NCBI GenBank assembly: GCA_947427095.1
Contig: CANEGO010000002.1
Location: 99,810-163,809 of the forward strand
Origin: an uncultured Clostridium sp.
GTDB lineage: Bacteria; Bacillota_I; Bacilli_A; RF39; UBA660
DNA: 64,000 bases
Direction: 5' to 3'
Position numbers and translations under genes: made by a program. The notes below the pieces were generated by a model. That model made no database searches. It saw nothing but the letters and a program-made list of their open reading frames with translations, and was not told the DNA's origin. Below are positions 9,282 through 18,057 of the stretch, one piece after another (position 1 is the stretch's first letter; the number at the start of each line of letters is the position of its first letter).

Positions 9282-10610
9282 CTAAATTAAAGTTACTGAA
9301 CTCTTTTTATTATCTATTTCATTAACTATTGAATTAATAGAGTTATCAAACGAATCTTTAGAAACTTCTTTTGCCATAATATCAGTTTCTTCTACTTCAT
9401 TAACACTTTTCTTCGTTATAACCTTAATATAATTATCATAATATTCCCTTATTATTGTCATATTATCTAAATCTAATGCTGTAGTATCAGAGTTTTTATT
9501 AGCAGATTGAAAAAAAGTTTTTTTATAAAACTTTGGAATTCCTATCTCCTCTATTTTTTTTGAATTAAAATAATATTTAATACCGGAATCGCAATGAGTA
9601 AAGTTTATATTTGATATATATTTGATATGTTCATAAATCATTGGATTTATGAGTTCTTCATTTTCGATAATATCAAAATAGCAATCTCTTAATAAATCTA
9701 TTATTTTAATTCTTAAACTATCAAAGTCAGGATTTTCTTCTTTTCGTTCCCATCTATAATCGTTAAATAAAGCAAATAATTCATCTACCTTTTCTTTTTC
9801 TATTCCTCTATTTACTAAGGCATTCACTAATATATTTATGTCTCCTTTTGCTCTTGTTTCAAACAATATATCTGAACCTACAAATTCACATAAGATTCTA
9901 CAAAAAGTAACTTCAGCATCATACGAAATCAACTCATCATTATATTCATAAGCCAATAAGGCAGTTAGCCCTTCAAAAAACCATGCATTATCCCCTTTAT
10001 AATGTTCTTCCGCATGAAATATTTCATGTGAAATGGAATTATTTCTACAATTATCATTAGCAAAGGTTATTGAATTATCGTAATTATTATATAAACCAGC
10101 TATTCCTTCATCAAGCAAAGCCTCGTCACTTGAATTAATTTTAAAACTTGATAATTTATTATATACATACTCATAATCTAAATATTTATTATCTATAAAA
10201 TACTGTATATAACCAGTTAATTTTTCTTTTTCTTCTTTAGTTAAATACTCATTTTGTAATAATGCGTAGTATAAAGCATATGCTTTTTTTTCATCCATAT
10301 CAGAATTTCTTATTTTATCTACTATGTCTTTAAATGCATCATCACAAATAAATTCATTTGTTTTCACAGCTTGATAATTAGCGATAAAATCGGAACTCAT
10401 AGTAGACCCGGTAAAAGGGTTAGAATTATTTAACTCATATTCTACTCCATTTTTTATAGTACTTAAACAAATAGTTCCTTGAAGTGATAATAAAAGAGCT
10501 AAAAAGGCTGAAGTTATTTTTATTTGCCTATTTTTTAATTGTTCTAATTTACTTATATTATCATTCTTTCTTTTATAAAAATCTTTATCTTTATACAAAT
10601 GTAACACCAC
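9282..10610 (-). CDS. Membrane-anchored putative zinc metallopeptidase (HExxH zincin), 442 aa, family unknown
   Basis: N-terminal signal-anchor TM (IKITSAFLALLLSLQGTICL). HEIFHAEEH is followed by EGLTALLAYE about 20 aa downstream, a gluzincin-like arrangement of a third ligand. Confidence 0.5.
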   Translation of the reverse strand: MVLHLYKDKDFYKRKNDNISKLEQLKNRQIKITSAFLALLLSLQGTICLSTIKNGVEYELNNSNPFTGSTMSSDFIANYQAVKTNEFICDDAFKDIVDKIRNSDMDEKKAYALYYALLQNEYLTKEEKEKLTGYIQYFIDNKYLDYEYVYNKLSSFKINSSDEALLDEGIAGLYNNYDNSITFANDNCRNNSISHEIFHAEEHYKGDNAWFFEGLTALLAYEYNDELISYDAEVTFCRILCEFVGSDILFETRAKGDINILVNALVNRGIEKEKVDELFALFNDYRWERKEENPDFDSLRIKIIDLLRDCYFDIIENEELINPMIYEHIKYISNINFTHCDSGIKYYFNSKKIEEIGIPKFYKKTFFQSANKNSDTTALDLDNMTIIREYYDNYIKVITKKSVNEVEETDIMAKEVSKDSFDNSINSIVNEIDNKKSSVTLI

Positions 10611-10699
10611 CTTAAATTAATTATACAATAAAACTATTATTCAAAAAATAAAATAAATGAATATTCAGTAAAATATCGTAAATAAAAAGAGAAATATCT

Positions 10700-11332
10700 C
10701 TATTCCTCCGTTGGTTTAATAACAACAAATCTATTTGGCTCTTCACCTTCACTTATAGTAGTAACACCTTTAAAATTAGCAAGCGCATTATGAACCAATC
10801 TTCTCTCATAAGAGTTCATACTATCCATTTTAACTTCTACTTTAGTTTTTCTTACGTCTTTTGCTAATCTAATAGCTAGTCTTTCTATATTTTTTTGTTG
10901 TTTTTCTCTATAATCGTTTGAATCTAAAATAACGTTTATCCTTACGCCTAGCTTACTTTGAATAGATTGTCTAAGTAAGTCTTGTAATGACATCATCGTT
11001 CTACCATTTTTACCAATTAAAATGGCCCCATTATCAGAAATCATATTTACTTTTATGTAATTTTCTCTTTTTTGAGTTTCAAATTCAACGTTTATCCCCA
11101 TTAAGTCAGTTACTTCTTTTAAATAAGATTTAATGTATTCAATAACATCTTCTTTTAATACAACGTTAACACAAAACTTTTTAGATTTAAATAAACCTCC
11201 TGACTGTTCTTCTGTTACGTTATAATAAACTTCATTGGTTGATGCATTAAGTTCTGCTAAAGCTTTATTTAATACGTCTTCACTATTTTTTCCTTCATAT
11301 TTATGATTTTTTAATTCTAGCATTATTTCCAC
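10700..11332 (-). CDS. khpB: Jag/KhpB RNA-binding protein (Jag_N, KH and R3H domains)
   Basis: The C-terminal R3H motif (..MNSYERRLVHNALANFKGVTTISEGE..) and its position downstream of yidC match Jag. Confidence 0.85.
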   Translation of the reverse strand: MEIMLELKNHKYEGKNSEDVLNKALAELNASTNEVYYNVTEEQSGGLFKSKKFCVNVVLKEDVIEYIKSYLKEVTDLMGINVEFETQKRENYIKVNMISDNGAILIGKNGRTMMSLQDLLRQSIQSKLGVRINVILDSNDYREKQQKNIERLAIRLAKDVRKTKVEVKMDSMNSYERRLVHNALANFKGVTTISEGEEPNRFVVIKPTEE

Positions 11333-12284
11333 CTCTTTGTACCAATAAGTTTTGAATAACAGTAAATAAACTTGAAGTTATCCAATATAATCCAATTGCA
11401 GTTGATAATTGAAATGAACTTATTGTTATTACAACAACCATTACATTCATCATCATTTTTGTTGAAGCAGCCGCTGGATTTGAGTTATCTGCAACATCAT
11501 TTTTGGTAAATTTAAATGAGAAGAAAGTAACTATAAATACTAATATAGGTAAAATTATGTACCAAAAGTTTCCTTGTGATAAAGCGAACCATGGCGTTGT
11601 ACCTAACTGTAATCCTAAAAAATTACCTTCGAAAATAGCTGGGGTTCTATTAATTGCTTCCAAAAATGCAATAAATAATGGTAATTGTATAAATGCTATG
11701 ATACAACCCGAGAACAATGAAATATTATATTTTTTATATATTGCCATCATTTCTTGACTCTTTTGAATCATTGCTTGTTGATCATCTGCTTTATTTGCAT
11801 ATTTCTTTTCAAGTTTTTGTAATTCTGGTTGAGCCTTCTTTAAATTTTCAGACTGCATAGCGCTTTTTTTAGTCACTGGGTATAAAATTAGTCTTATTAC
11901 AAGTCCTGCAAGTATTACTGCAAGACCAAAATTTTTAACAAGATATCCTAATTTTAATATTATCCAAGCAAGTGGTTTTATAAAAATATTATCCCATAAA
12001 CCTTCACTGGATTTTAACGATGGAGAAAAATTGTTACAATTAACTAATTTATCAGTATCAACACCGTTTTTATTATATATATTATTTAAATCTTTATCGG
12101 TTGGTTTACATAATATATTTTTAGTAAGTGCTTGACCAGTAGCATTTTTCCCTTCATCATATTTAACAACAACTTTTGTCTTTTTACCATTATCATTCGT
12201 TTTTTCAACAACTAATTGTTTTGTACAACCAGTTAATAAAAAAACCAGTAAAAAAACTATAATTATTTTTTTTAGTTTTTCCAT
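11301..12284 (-). CDS. yidC: YidC/SpoIIIJ membrane protein insertase (lipoprotein)
   Basis: Lipobox ..LLTGC and the conserved YidC 60-kDa core (..LQLGTTPWFALSQGNFWYIILPILV..). Confidence 0.9.
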   Translation of the reverse strand: MEKLKKIIIVFLLVFLLTGCTKQLVVEKTNDNGKKTKVVVKYDEGKNATGQALTKNILCKPTDKDLNNIYNKNGVDTDKLVNCNNFSPSLKSSEGLWDNIFIKPLAWIILKLGYLVKNFGLAVILAGLVIRLILYPVTKKSAMQSENLKKAQPELQKLEKKYANKADDQQAMIQKSQEMMAIYKKYNISLFSGCIIAFIQLPLFIAFLEAINRTPAIFEGNFLGLQLGTTPWFALSQGNFWYIILPILVFIVTFFSFKFTKNDVADNSNPAAASTKMMMNVMVVVITISSFQLSTAIGLYWITSSLFTVIQNLLVQRGGNNARIKKS

Positions 12285-12298
12285 TTGGTTTATATCTC

Positions 12299-12622
12299 CT
12301 ATTCATTTGATTTTTTAAGAAGGTTTACTAAATCTTCTTTTAGATTTAAATACTCAGTCCCAACGGCACTTTTCTTTAATATAATTATATAATCTTTACT
12401 ATCAAAATGCAACTTAGATTTGTCAATTATATCCTTTACCTGACGTTTTAATTTGTTTCTAACAACAGCATTTCCTGTTTTTTTTGATATGCATATTCCA
12501 AAACGATATTCTCCCTTTGTATCATAAGTATACAAAAAAGCATACCTAGATTTAGTTTGCCTATTTAGTTTAAAGGCTCTATCAAAATCTTTTTTTTCCT
12601 TAACTATGTTCTTTTTTTTCAT
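12299..12622 (-). CDS. rnpA: RNase P protein component RnpA (start taken at MKKKNIVKEK; the track ORF extends to 12655)
   Basis: Basic protein of about 107 aa with the RNR-like motif NKLKRQVKDI, directly downstream of rpmH. Confidence 0.85.
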   Translation of the reverse strand: MKKKNIVKEKKDFDRAFKLNRQTKSRYAFLYTYDTKGEYRFGICISKKTGNAVVRNKLKRQVKDIIDKSKLHFDSKDYIIILKKSAVGTEYLNLKEDLVNLLKKSNE

Positions 12623-12673
12623 AAATAAGCACCTCTTATTATAACAAAAAACCACTTACCTAAATAAGTGGGA

Positions 12674-12802
12674 TTATGCTGATAACTTTTTACGTCCTTT
12701 AGCTCTTCTTTGATTTAAAATACCAGTACCAGCTAATTTTCTAGCGAAAAAGCCATGATTTTTCTTTCTTTTATGGTTATTTGGTTGAAAAGGTCTTTTC
12801 AT
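12674..12802 (-). CDS. rpmH: 50S ribosomal protein L34 (42 aa; absent from the ORF track, which omits ORFs below 60 aa)
   Basis: Manual translation gives [42 protein letters not shown], the canonical L34 sequence. Confidence 0.9.
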   Translation of the reverse strand: MKRPFQPNNHKRKKNHGFFARKLAGTGILNQRRAKGRKKLSA

Positions 12803-12898
12803 ATCTACACCTCCAAGTCTTTATTTTTTCGGTTTTTTTTAACATGACTATTATAAATTTAATTCAGCAAGTTGTCAACCTTTTTGATATACAACTCA

Positions 12899-13276
12899 CT
12901 ATTTTTGAATAAATTCTATATTATTGCCATTAGGGTCATTAATAATAAAGTATTTTTTATTTAAAACCCCTTCTTTTATTAATATATCTTTATCATATAA
13001 ATTATTTTCAATAATATATTTTTTTGCTTTATCTATATTATCCACAGCAAAACCTAAAATTTTATTATCACAACAGGATGGTTTATTGTGAAAACAAGTA
13101 CCATTAAAATGCGATTTCATTTCTAATAATACCTGACCCATTTCTAGAATTATTATTCTTTTATTATCTTTTTTATTACAAATATCATTTACTTTTTCAA
13201 AACCTAGTTTATTATAAAAAAATATACTTTCTTCTACTTTATTAATCCATATATCAACATGATGCAATTCAAACAT
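12899..13276 (-). CDS. VOC/glyoxalase-bleomycin-resistance family protein lying between rpmH and the oriC DnaA boxes
   Basis: FELHHVDIWINKVEESIFFYNKLGF is a typical glyoxalase-I fold N-terminal motif. The first Met of the track ORF was trimmed. Confidence 0.6.
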   Translation of the reverse strand: MFELHHVDIWINKVEESIFFYNKLGFEKVNDICNKKDNKRIIILEMGQVLLEMKSHFNGTCFHNKPSCCDNKILGFAVDNIDKAKKYIIENNLYDKDILIKEGVLNKKYFIINDPNGNNIEFIQK

Positions 13277-13344
13277 ATAAACACCTACCATAATTTAAGT
13301 ATATCATCAGTTTAATTTATAAATATAAATTAAGTCAATATTAT

Positions 13345-13581
13345 TTTTCCACATTTGAGAAAAATAATTTTTTTATTACAAAAAAGATAACCACATACTT
13401 TTCCACAGATTTACACTGTTTTTTTCTATATTTCTTAATAATTACAATAATAATTAACAGTTTGTGGATAACTTTTACATGTTTACTATTTTATTAATAA
13501 TTTATTTTTTGGGGAAAAGTGCATTTTGTCGAAATTTGTTGAAAAATAAGAATTATAATTGTGGAAAACTCTTGTGGAAAA
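13345..13581. promoter_or_regulatory. oriC upstream DnaA-box cluster with the dnaA promoter region (5 boxes)
   Basis: TTTTCCACA at 13345 and 13399, a perfect TGTGGATAA at 13463, and TGTGGAAAA at 13560 and 13573, all immediately upstream of dnaA. Confidence 0.8.
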
Positions 13582-13672
13582 AATATAATTTATCAATATA
13601 CGTTGTTTTTCAACATTTTTTTTGGTAAAATAGATGTAAATAACTCGTTTTATAGGGGGAAAGGAGGTTATT

Positions 13673-15022
13673 ATGAACATAGATAATCTATGGGATAATT
13701 TCCTAGAAAAAATTAAACCAAGAATATCTTCATTATCTTATGATACTTGGTTTAAGAATACAAAACTAGTATCACTAGATAATAATGTTGCAAAAATACT
13801 TGTAGATTCGCCACTTCAAAAGAAAAGTTTACAAGAAACCTGGTATCAAACGATATCCGATGTATTTAGTGAAATAACGAATACAAGTTTCGATTTTGAA
13901 TTTGTTTTTGAAGATGAGGTAAGCATAAATACGAATATTCCTGTGGAAAACATCGGAGTTCCTTTAAATACACCAGAAAAATCAAATCTAAATCCTAAAT
14001 ATACGTTTGATTCTTTTATAACAGGTGATAGTAATAAGTTTGCTTACATGGCTGCGGTTTCAGTTGCAGAAAATCCAGGTAAAACTTATAATCCATTATT
14101 TTTATATGGAAATAGTGGACTAGGTAAAACTCATTTAATGCATGCAATAGGAAACTTTATTATCGAAAATTCAAATAAAAAAGTATTATATGTAACAAGT
14201 GAACAATTTATATCAGATTTTCTTAACCTTAATAAAAAGGATGAAACTGGTACAAATTTTAACTACATAGATAGCTTTAAGAACAAATATCGTGGAGTAG
14301 ACGTACTAATAATTGATGATATTCAGTTTTTAGGAGGCGCTACACAAACACAGCAAGAGTTTTTTAACACTTTTAATAACTTGTATGACGATAATAAACA
14401 AATTATAATCTCATCTGACAGATCACCGGATGACTTAAAAAAATTAGAAGATAGATTAAGAACCAGATTTAATTGGGGTCTTAGTGTAAATATTTATCCA
14501 CCTGATTATGAAATGAGAGTTCAAATTCTTAGAAAAAAAATAATTGGACAAAACATGGATGGTACGATAAATGATGATGTTATTGCTTATATTGCTAATA
14601 ATTGTGAATCGGACGTAAGGCAACTAGAGGGTGCACTAACTAGGGTTATTGCTTATGCAACGATGTTTAATACAAGAGATATTAATTTAACGCTAGCGAT
14701 TGATGCACTAAAAGATTATTTATCAAAATCTTCGTTTACTAAAAATAATATTCAAAAAATTCAGCAAGTTGTATCAGAATATTATAATATAACGGTGGAA
14801 GATTTAAAATCCAAAAAAAGAAAGGCAAGTATAGCGTTTCCAAGGCAAGTAGCGATATATCTATGTAGAACAATGACGGATGAGTCTTTTCCAAAAATTG
14901 GAATACAATTCGGTGGAAGAGACCATTCAACTGTTATACATTCGGTTGATAAAATTGATAATGAAATAAAAACTAATCCTCAATTTAAAACAATAATAGA
15001 TGCATTAAAAAGTAAAATATAA
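13673..15022 (+). CDS. dnaA: Chromosomal replication initiator DnaA
   Basis: Full-length DnaA with the AAA+ Walker A GNSGLGKTHL and the C-terminal DNA-binding domain. A GGAGG RBS is present. Confidence 0.97.
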   Translation: MNIDNLWDNFLEKIKPRISSLSYDTWFKNTKLVSLDNNVAKILVDSPLQKKSLQETWYQTISDVFSEITNTSFDFEFVFEDEVSINTNIPVENIGVPLNTPEKSNLNPKYTFDSFITGDSNKFAYMAAVSVAENPGKTYNPLFLYGNSGLGKTHLMHAIGNFIIENSNKKVLYVTSEQFISDFLNLNKKDETGTNFNYIDSFKNKYRGVDVLIIDDIQFLGGATQTQQEFFNTFNNLYDDNKQIIISSDRSPDDLKKLEDRLRTRFNWGLSVNIYPPDYEMRVQILRKKIIGQNMDGTINDDVIAYIANNCESDVRQLEGALTRVIAYATMFNTRDINLTLAIDALKDYLSKSSFTKNNIQKIQQVVSEYYNITVEDLKSKKRKASIAFPRQVAIYLCRTMTDESFPKIGIQFGGRDHSTVIHSVDKIDNEIKTNPQFKTIIDALKSKI

Positions 15023-15027
15023 TAAAC

Positions 15028-15160
15028 TGTGGATTAAATTAAATTTTTCAACTTAATTTGTGGATTAAAAATATTAGTTTTTCTTTTATTTAATAACAAA
15101 TATTTAACTTTTCCACATTATCCACAGTAATAATAAAAATACATATATATATATAAGGAG
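15028..15160. promoter_or_regulatory. oriC downstream DnaA-box cluster plus an AT-rich DNA-unwinding element between dnaA and dnaN
   Basis: TGTGGATTA at 15028 and 15059, TTTTCCACA at 15109, a perfect TTATCCACA at 15118, then a (TA)7 tract at 15143-15156. Confidence 0.8.
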
Positions 15161-15167
15161 AAATAAA

Positions 15168-16289
15168 ATGAAATTTAGTATTAAAAAAGAAGTATTACTT
15201 CAAAGTTTAAATTCTGTTAGCAAAGCTTTATCTAGTAAAAATTTAATTCCAGTTTTATCTGGTATAAAATTTAATTTAACTAATAATGGATTGTTTTTAA
15301 GTGCTAGTGATAATGATATTAGCATTGAATCTTTTATAGATAAAGATCATCTAGATAAAATAGATAATATAGGAAGTACGGTGATTCAAGGAAAATATAT
15401 TTTAGAAATAATTAGAAAATTAGAAGGTAGAGTAGTCAACATCGAATTATTAGATGGAATTAAAGTATTAATTTCTTGTGGAAATTCAGAATTTAACCTA
15501 AATTGTATGGATGCAGCAGAATTTCCTAATTTAAATTTAGAAGAAAAAAAGGAACCAATAATATTAAGAAAAGAAGAATTCAAAAATTTAATATCTAAAA
15601 CATCTTTTGCTGTTTCATCCCAGGAAACAAGACCAATATTAACAGGAATTAATTTTAAAATAAATGAAAATAAATTAGAATGTATAGCAACAGATTCATA
15701 TAGATTAGCTAAAAAGCAAGTTATTTTAAATAACAAGGTAGATGAAGATATAAATATTGTTATTCCTGGTAAAAACTTAATAGAATTGACTAAAATAATA
15801 GAAGATAATGATACAAATATTGAAATGCATGTATTTAATAATAAAGTTTTATTTAAATTTGATAATACTTTATTTCAAACACGTGTTTTAAGTGGAACTT
15901 TTCCTGATGTAAATAGATTAATTCCTGCATCTTTTGAGTTATCAATTAAAACAAATACCAATGAACTTTATAATGTTATTGATAGAGCGTCGTTATTAAC
16001 TAGTGAAAAAGACAAGAATATTATTAAGTTTGAATGTGAAAAAAGCGAAGTTACTGTTTCTTCTAATTCTCCTGAAATAGGTAAAGTAGAAGAGAAGATA
16101 TCAGTAGAAAAAAATAATGATAAAAATATTAAAATAGCGTTTTCTTCAAGGTTTATGATGGATGCAATAAAAACAGTAGAAAGTAAAAACGTAATATTAA
16201 ACTTTAATAATGATGTTCAACCAATAATTGTATTAGATGAAAAAGATGATAGTTTATTACAACTTATTTTACCAATAAAAACATACTAA
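15168..16289 (+). CDS. dnaN: DNA polymerase III beta sliding clamp
   Basis: 373 aa with a three-domain beta-clamp pattern, directly following dnaA. Confidence 0.95.
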   Translation: MKFSIKKEVLLQSLNSVSKALSSKNLIPVLSGIKFNLTNNGLFLSASDNDISIESFIDKDHLDKIDNIGSTVIQGKYILEIIRKLEGRVVNIELLDGIKVLISCGNSEFNLNCMDAAEFPNLNLEEKKEPIILRKEEFKNLISKTSFAVSSQETRPILTGINFKINENKLECIATDSYRLAKKQVILNNKVDEDINIVIPGKNLIELTKIIEDNDTNIEMHVFNNKVLFKFDNTLFQTRVLSGTFPDVNRLIPASFELSIKTNTNELYNVIDRASLLTSEKDKNIIKFECEKSEVTVSSNSPEIGKVEEKISVEKNNDKNIKIAFSSRFMMDAIKTVESKNVILNFNNDVQPIIVLDEKDDSLLQLILPIKTY

Positions 16290-16315
16290 AATTAGCGTTT
16301 GCTAATTTTTTTATT
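16288..16315 (+). terminator. Terminator after dnaN
   Basis: AATTAGC-GTTT-GCTAATT hairpin followed by TTTTTT. Confidence 0.6.
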
Positions 16316-16352
16316 TGTGATATTATAATTAGCATTTAAAGGAGGACAATTT

Positions 16353-17375
16353 ATGCCTAAGATTTTAGTGGCTGATTTATTTGGTACAATAATTCCAAAT
16401 AATATATTGAATGCTAATTATTTATATGTAAACATAGATAAATATAAAGATATTAATGAAATTTGTTATGATAAAAATCAGCATGAGTATTTGATTGAAA
16501 AATTATGTTTACAATGTGCAAATGATTTAAAAAAATTTTTAAACGATGGTAATGAACTTATAATAGCGTCGGATTTATCGGCTCACGAATTAAATTTAAC
16601 TTTTATTTATGAGGAGATTATAGAAAAAATATTAAAGTATTGTAATAAAAATTTTACTTTATATATGGTAACAAAGGGCGGCGCAGCTAGTTTCAACTTA
16701 GAGGTGTTAAAATCTCATATTACTGAAGAATATAGTGAACATGGTATTGATTATATTGTGTTTGAAGGTTATAAAATAGGTCTTATTGATAGAAAGGAAG
16801 ACATATTTAGAGTAGTTGAAAGTAAATTTAACTTACAAGAATGTGAATTATATTCAATTGGAAATGATTACAAAGATATTCCTATGCTTGTTAGATGTAT
16901 TGAGTTAGGTGGAAAAAGTTCTTTATTAAACTATAATTTATATTCTAACGAACTTCTTTCAAGAACTACGTTAGATAAAGCTATATGTGAAAGGATTCAA
17001 AGAGAAAATCATATATTATTAGAAAAAGAGTTGTTAAAAGACCATCCTGGTTTTAGTTTGTTAGATAAGTATAAATATTTAATGGAAAGAAGGCTAACTT
17101 CAGAATATAATAGATGGTATGAAAAAAGAAAAGAGGAGCTTTATCAAGAAGTAAGAAAAGGTAATATTACGTTAGAACAATTAATTAAAGAAAAATTAAT
17201 TTTTGGACTTTGTCAAACTGCTATTAATCATTGTTTAGAAAGGAAAACATTCATCGAAAATAATTTAGATAAAATAGATATGTATTCTACTTTTAGAGAT
17301 TATTATAATAAAGTACTTAATTGTGATTCAAAAGAAGAAATAAAAAAATCACCCGTAAAATTATTAAAACCTTAA
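16353..17375 (+). CDS. HAD-superfamily (Cof-like IIB) protein with a degenerate motif I and a roughly 130-aa charged helical C-terminal extension
   Basis: Motif IV SIGNDYKDIPML is present and motif I reads ILVADLFGTII (DxD changed to DxF). It has its own TATAAT promoter and an AAAGGAGG RBS. Confidence 0.55.
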   Translation: MPKILVADLFGTIIPNNILNANYLYVNIDKYKDINEICYDKNQHEYLIEKLCLQCANDLKKFLNDGNELIIASDLSAHELNLTFIYEEIIEKILKYCNKNFTLYMVTKGGAASFNLEVLKSHITEEYSEHGIDYIVFEGYKIGLIDRKEDIFRVVESKFNLQECELYSIGNDYKDIPMLVRCIELGGKSSLLNYNLYSNELLSRTTLDKAICERIQRENHILLEKELLKDHPGFSLLDKYKYLMERRLTSEYNRWYEKRKEELYQEVRKGNITLEQLIKEKLIFGLCQTAINHCLERKTFIENNLDKIDMYSTFRDYYNKVLNCDSKEEIKKSPVKLLKP

Positions 17376-17407
17376 GAAAAAAGAAGAATTTAATCTTCTT
17401 TTTTTCA
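17376..17407 (+). terminator. Terminator after the HAD-like gene
   Basis: AAAAAAAGAAG-N8-CTTCTTTTTTT hairpin. Confidence 0.55.
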
Positions 17408-17433
17408 TTATCTGACAATTTTTTTAAAAATAC

Positions 17434-17442
17434 TGTGGATAA
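17434..17442. promoter_or_regulatory. Perfect DnaA box (TGTGGATAA) overlapping the predicted -10 region of the comK-like gene
   Basis: Exact reverse complement of TTATCCACA, 33 nt upstream of the start codon. Confidence 0.4.
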
Positions 17443-17474
17443 TATAGTCAAATATTTTTAAAGGAGGGTTTTGT

Positions 17475-17936
17475 ATGAAAAATTATGAAATTAATAGGCA
17501 AACGTTAGCAATAATATCTTGTGGAAAGGAAAAATCAAAAATAATAGAAGAAAATAATGAGTTTTTTATTGATCAATCTTCTACTAAAATAATTGATGAT
17601 AGTTGTAGGTTTTTTGGTAGTTCATACGATGGGAGACTTAATGGGACTAAAAGTATTTTAGGTGTTTCACACAAAGCACCCATTATTATTGAAGAAAGTT
17701 CTGGTATAATATTTTTTCCAACCACATCTCCTAGATTAGATTGTTGTTCATGGATTTCTTTAAACAATATAGAAGAATACTATAAATTATATGGTGATAC
17801 AATAATAAAATTTAGTTGTGGAAAAAAAATAAAGTTAGAATTATCGTATGGAATAATTGATAATCAAATATTAAGAGCAACGAGATTAGAGGCATTAATA
17901 GCAAAAAGAACTTATAATTTAAAAAAAATAGCTTAA
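17475..17936 (+). CDS. comK: ComK-family competence transcription factor homologue (153 aa)
   Basis: DDSCRFFGSSYDGR and HKAPIIIEESSGIIFFPTTS align with B. subtilis ComK DRSCRFFGSSYAGR and HKPPIMVDPSNQIFLFPTLS. An AAAGGAGGG RBS is present. Confidence 0.7.
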   Translation: MKNYEINRQTLAIISCGKEKSKIIEENNEFFIDQSSTKIIDDSCRFFGSSYDGRLNGTKSILGVSHKAPIIIEESSGIIFFPTTSPRLDCCSWISLNNIEEYYKLYGDTIIKFSCGKKIKLELSYGIIDNQILRATRLEALIAKRTYNLKKIA

Positions 17937-18057
17937 AAAGCTGTTTTTTTATTAAATAATGCTAAATAAGCCTCATTTTGTGCTATAATTAGTATGTATG
18001 TAGTAGTATACTGAAAATAGGTGTAGGTGGTTTATATGGGCTTTAAAATACTGAATT

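Noticed and set aside
13486-13680. 64-aa minus-strand ORF upstream of dnaA
   Set aside because: It overlaps the DnaA-box cluster and the dnaA promoter and RBS, has no SD sequence, and its reading frame is built from the box repeats themselves.
15886-15901. AAACACGTGTTT palindrome inside dnaN, and isolated CACGTG sites at 32361, 43436 and 53590
   Set aside because: These are short, lack the flanking ATGTT/AACAT arms, and lie within conserved coding sequence. CACGTG occurs at roughly the expected frequency.
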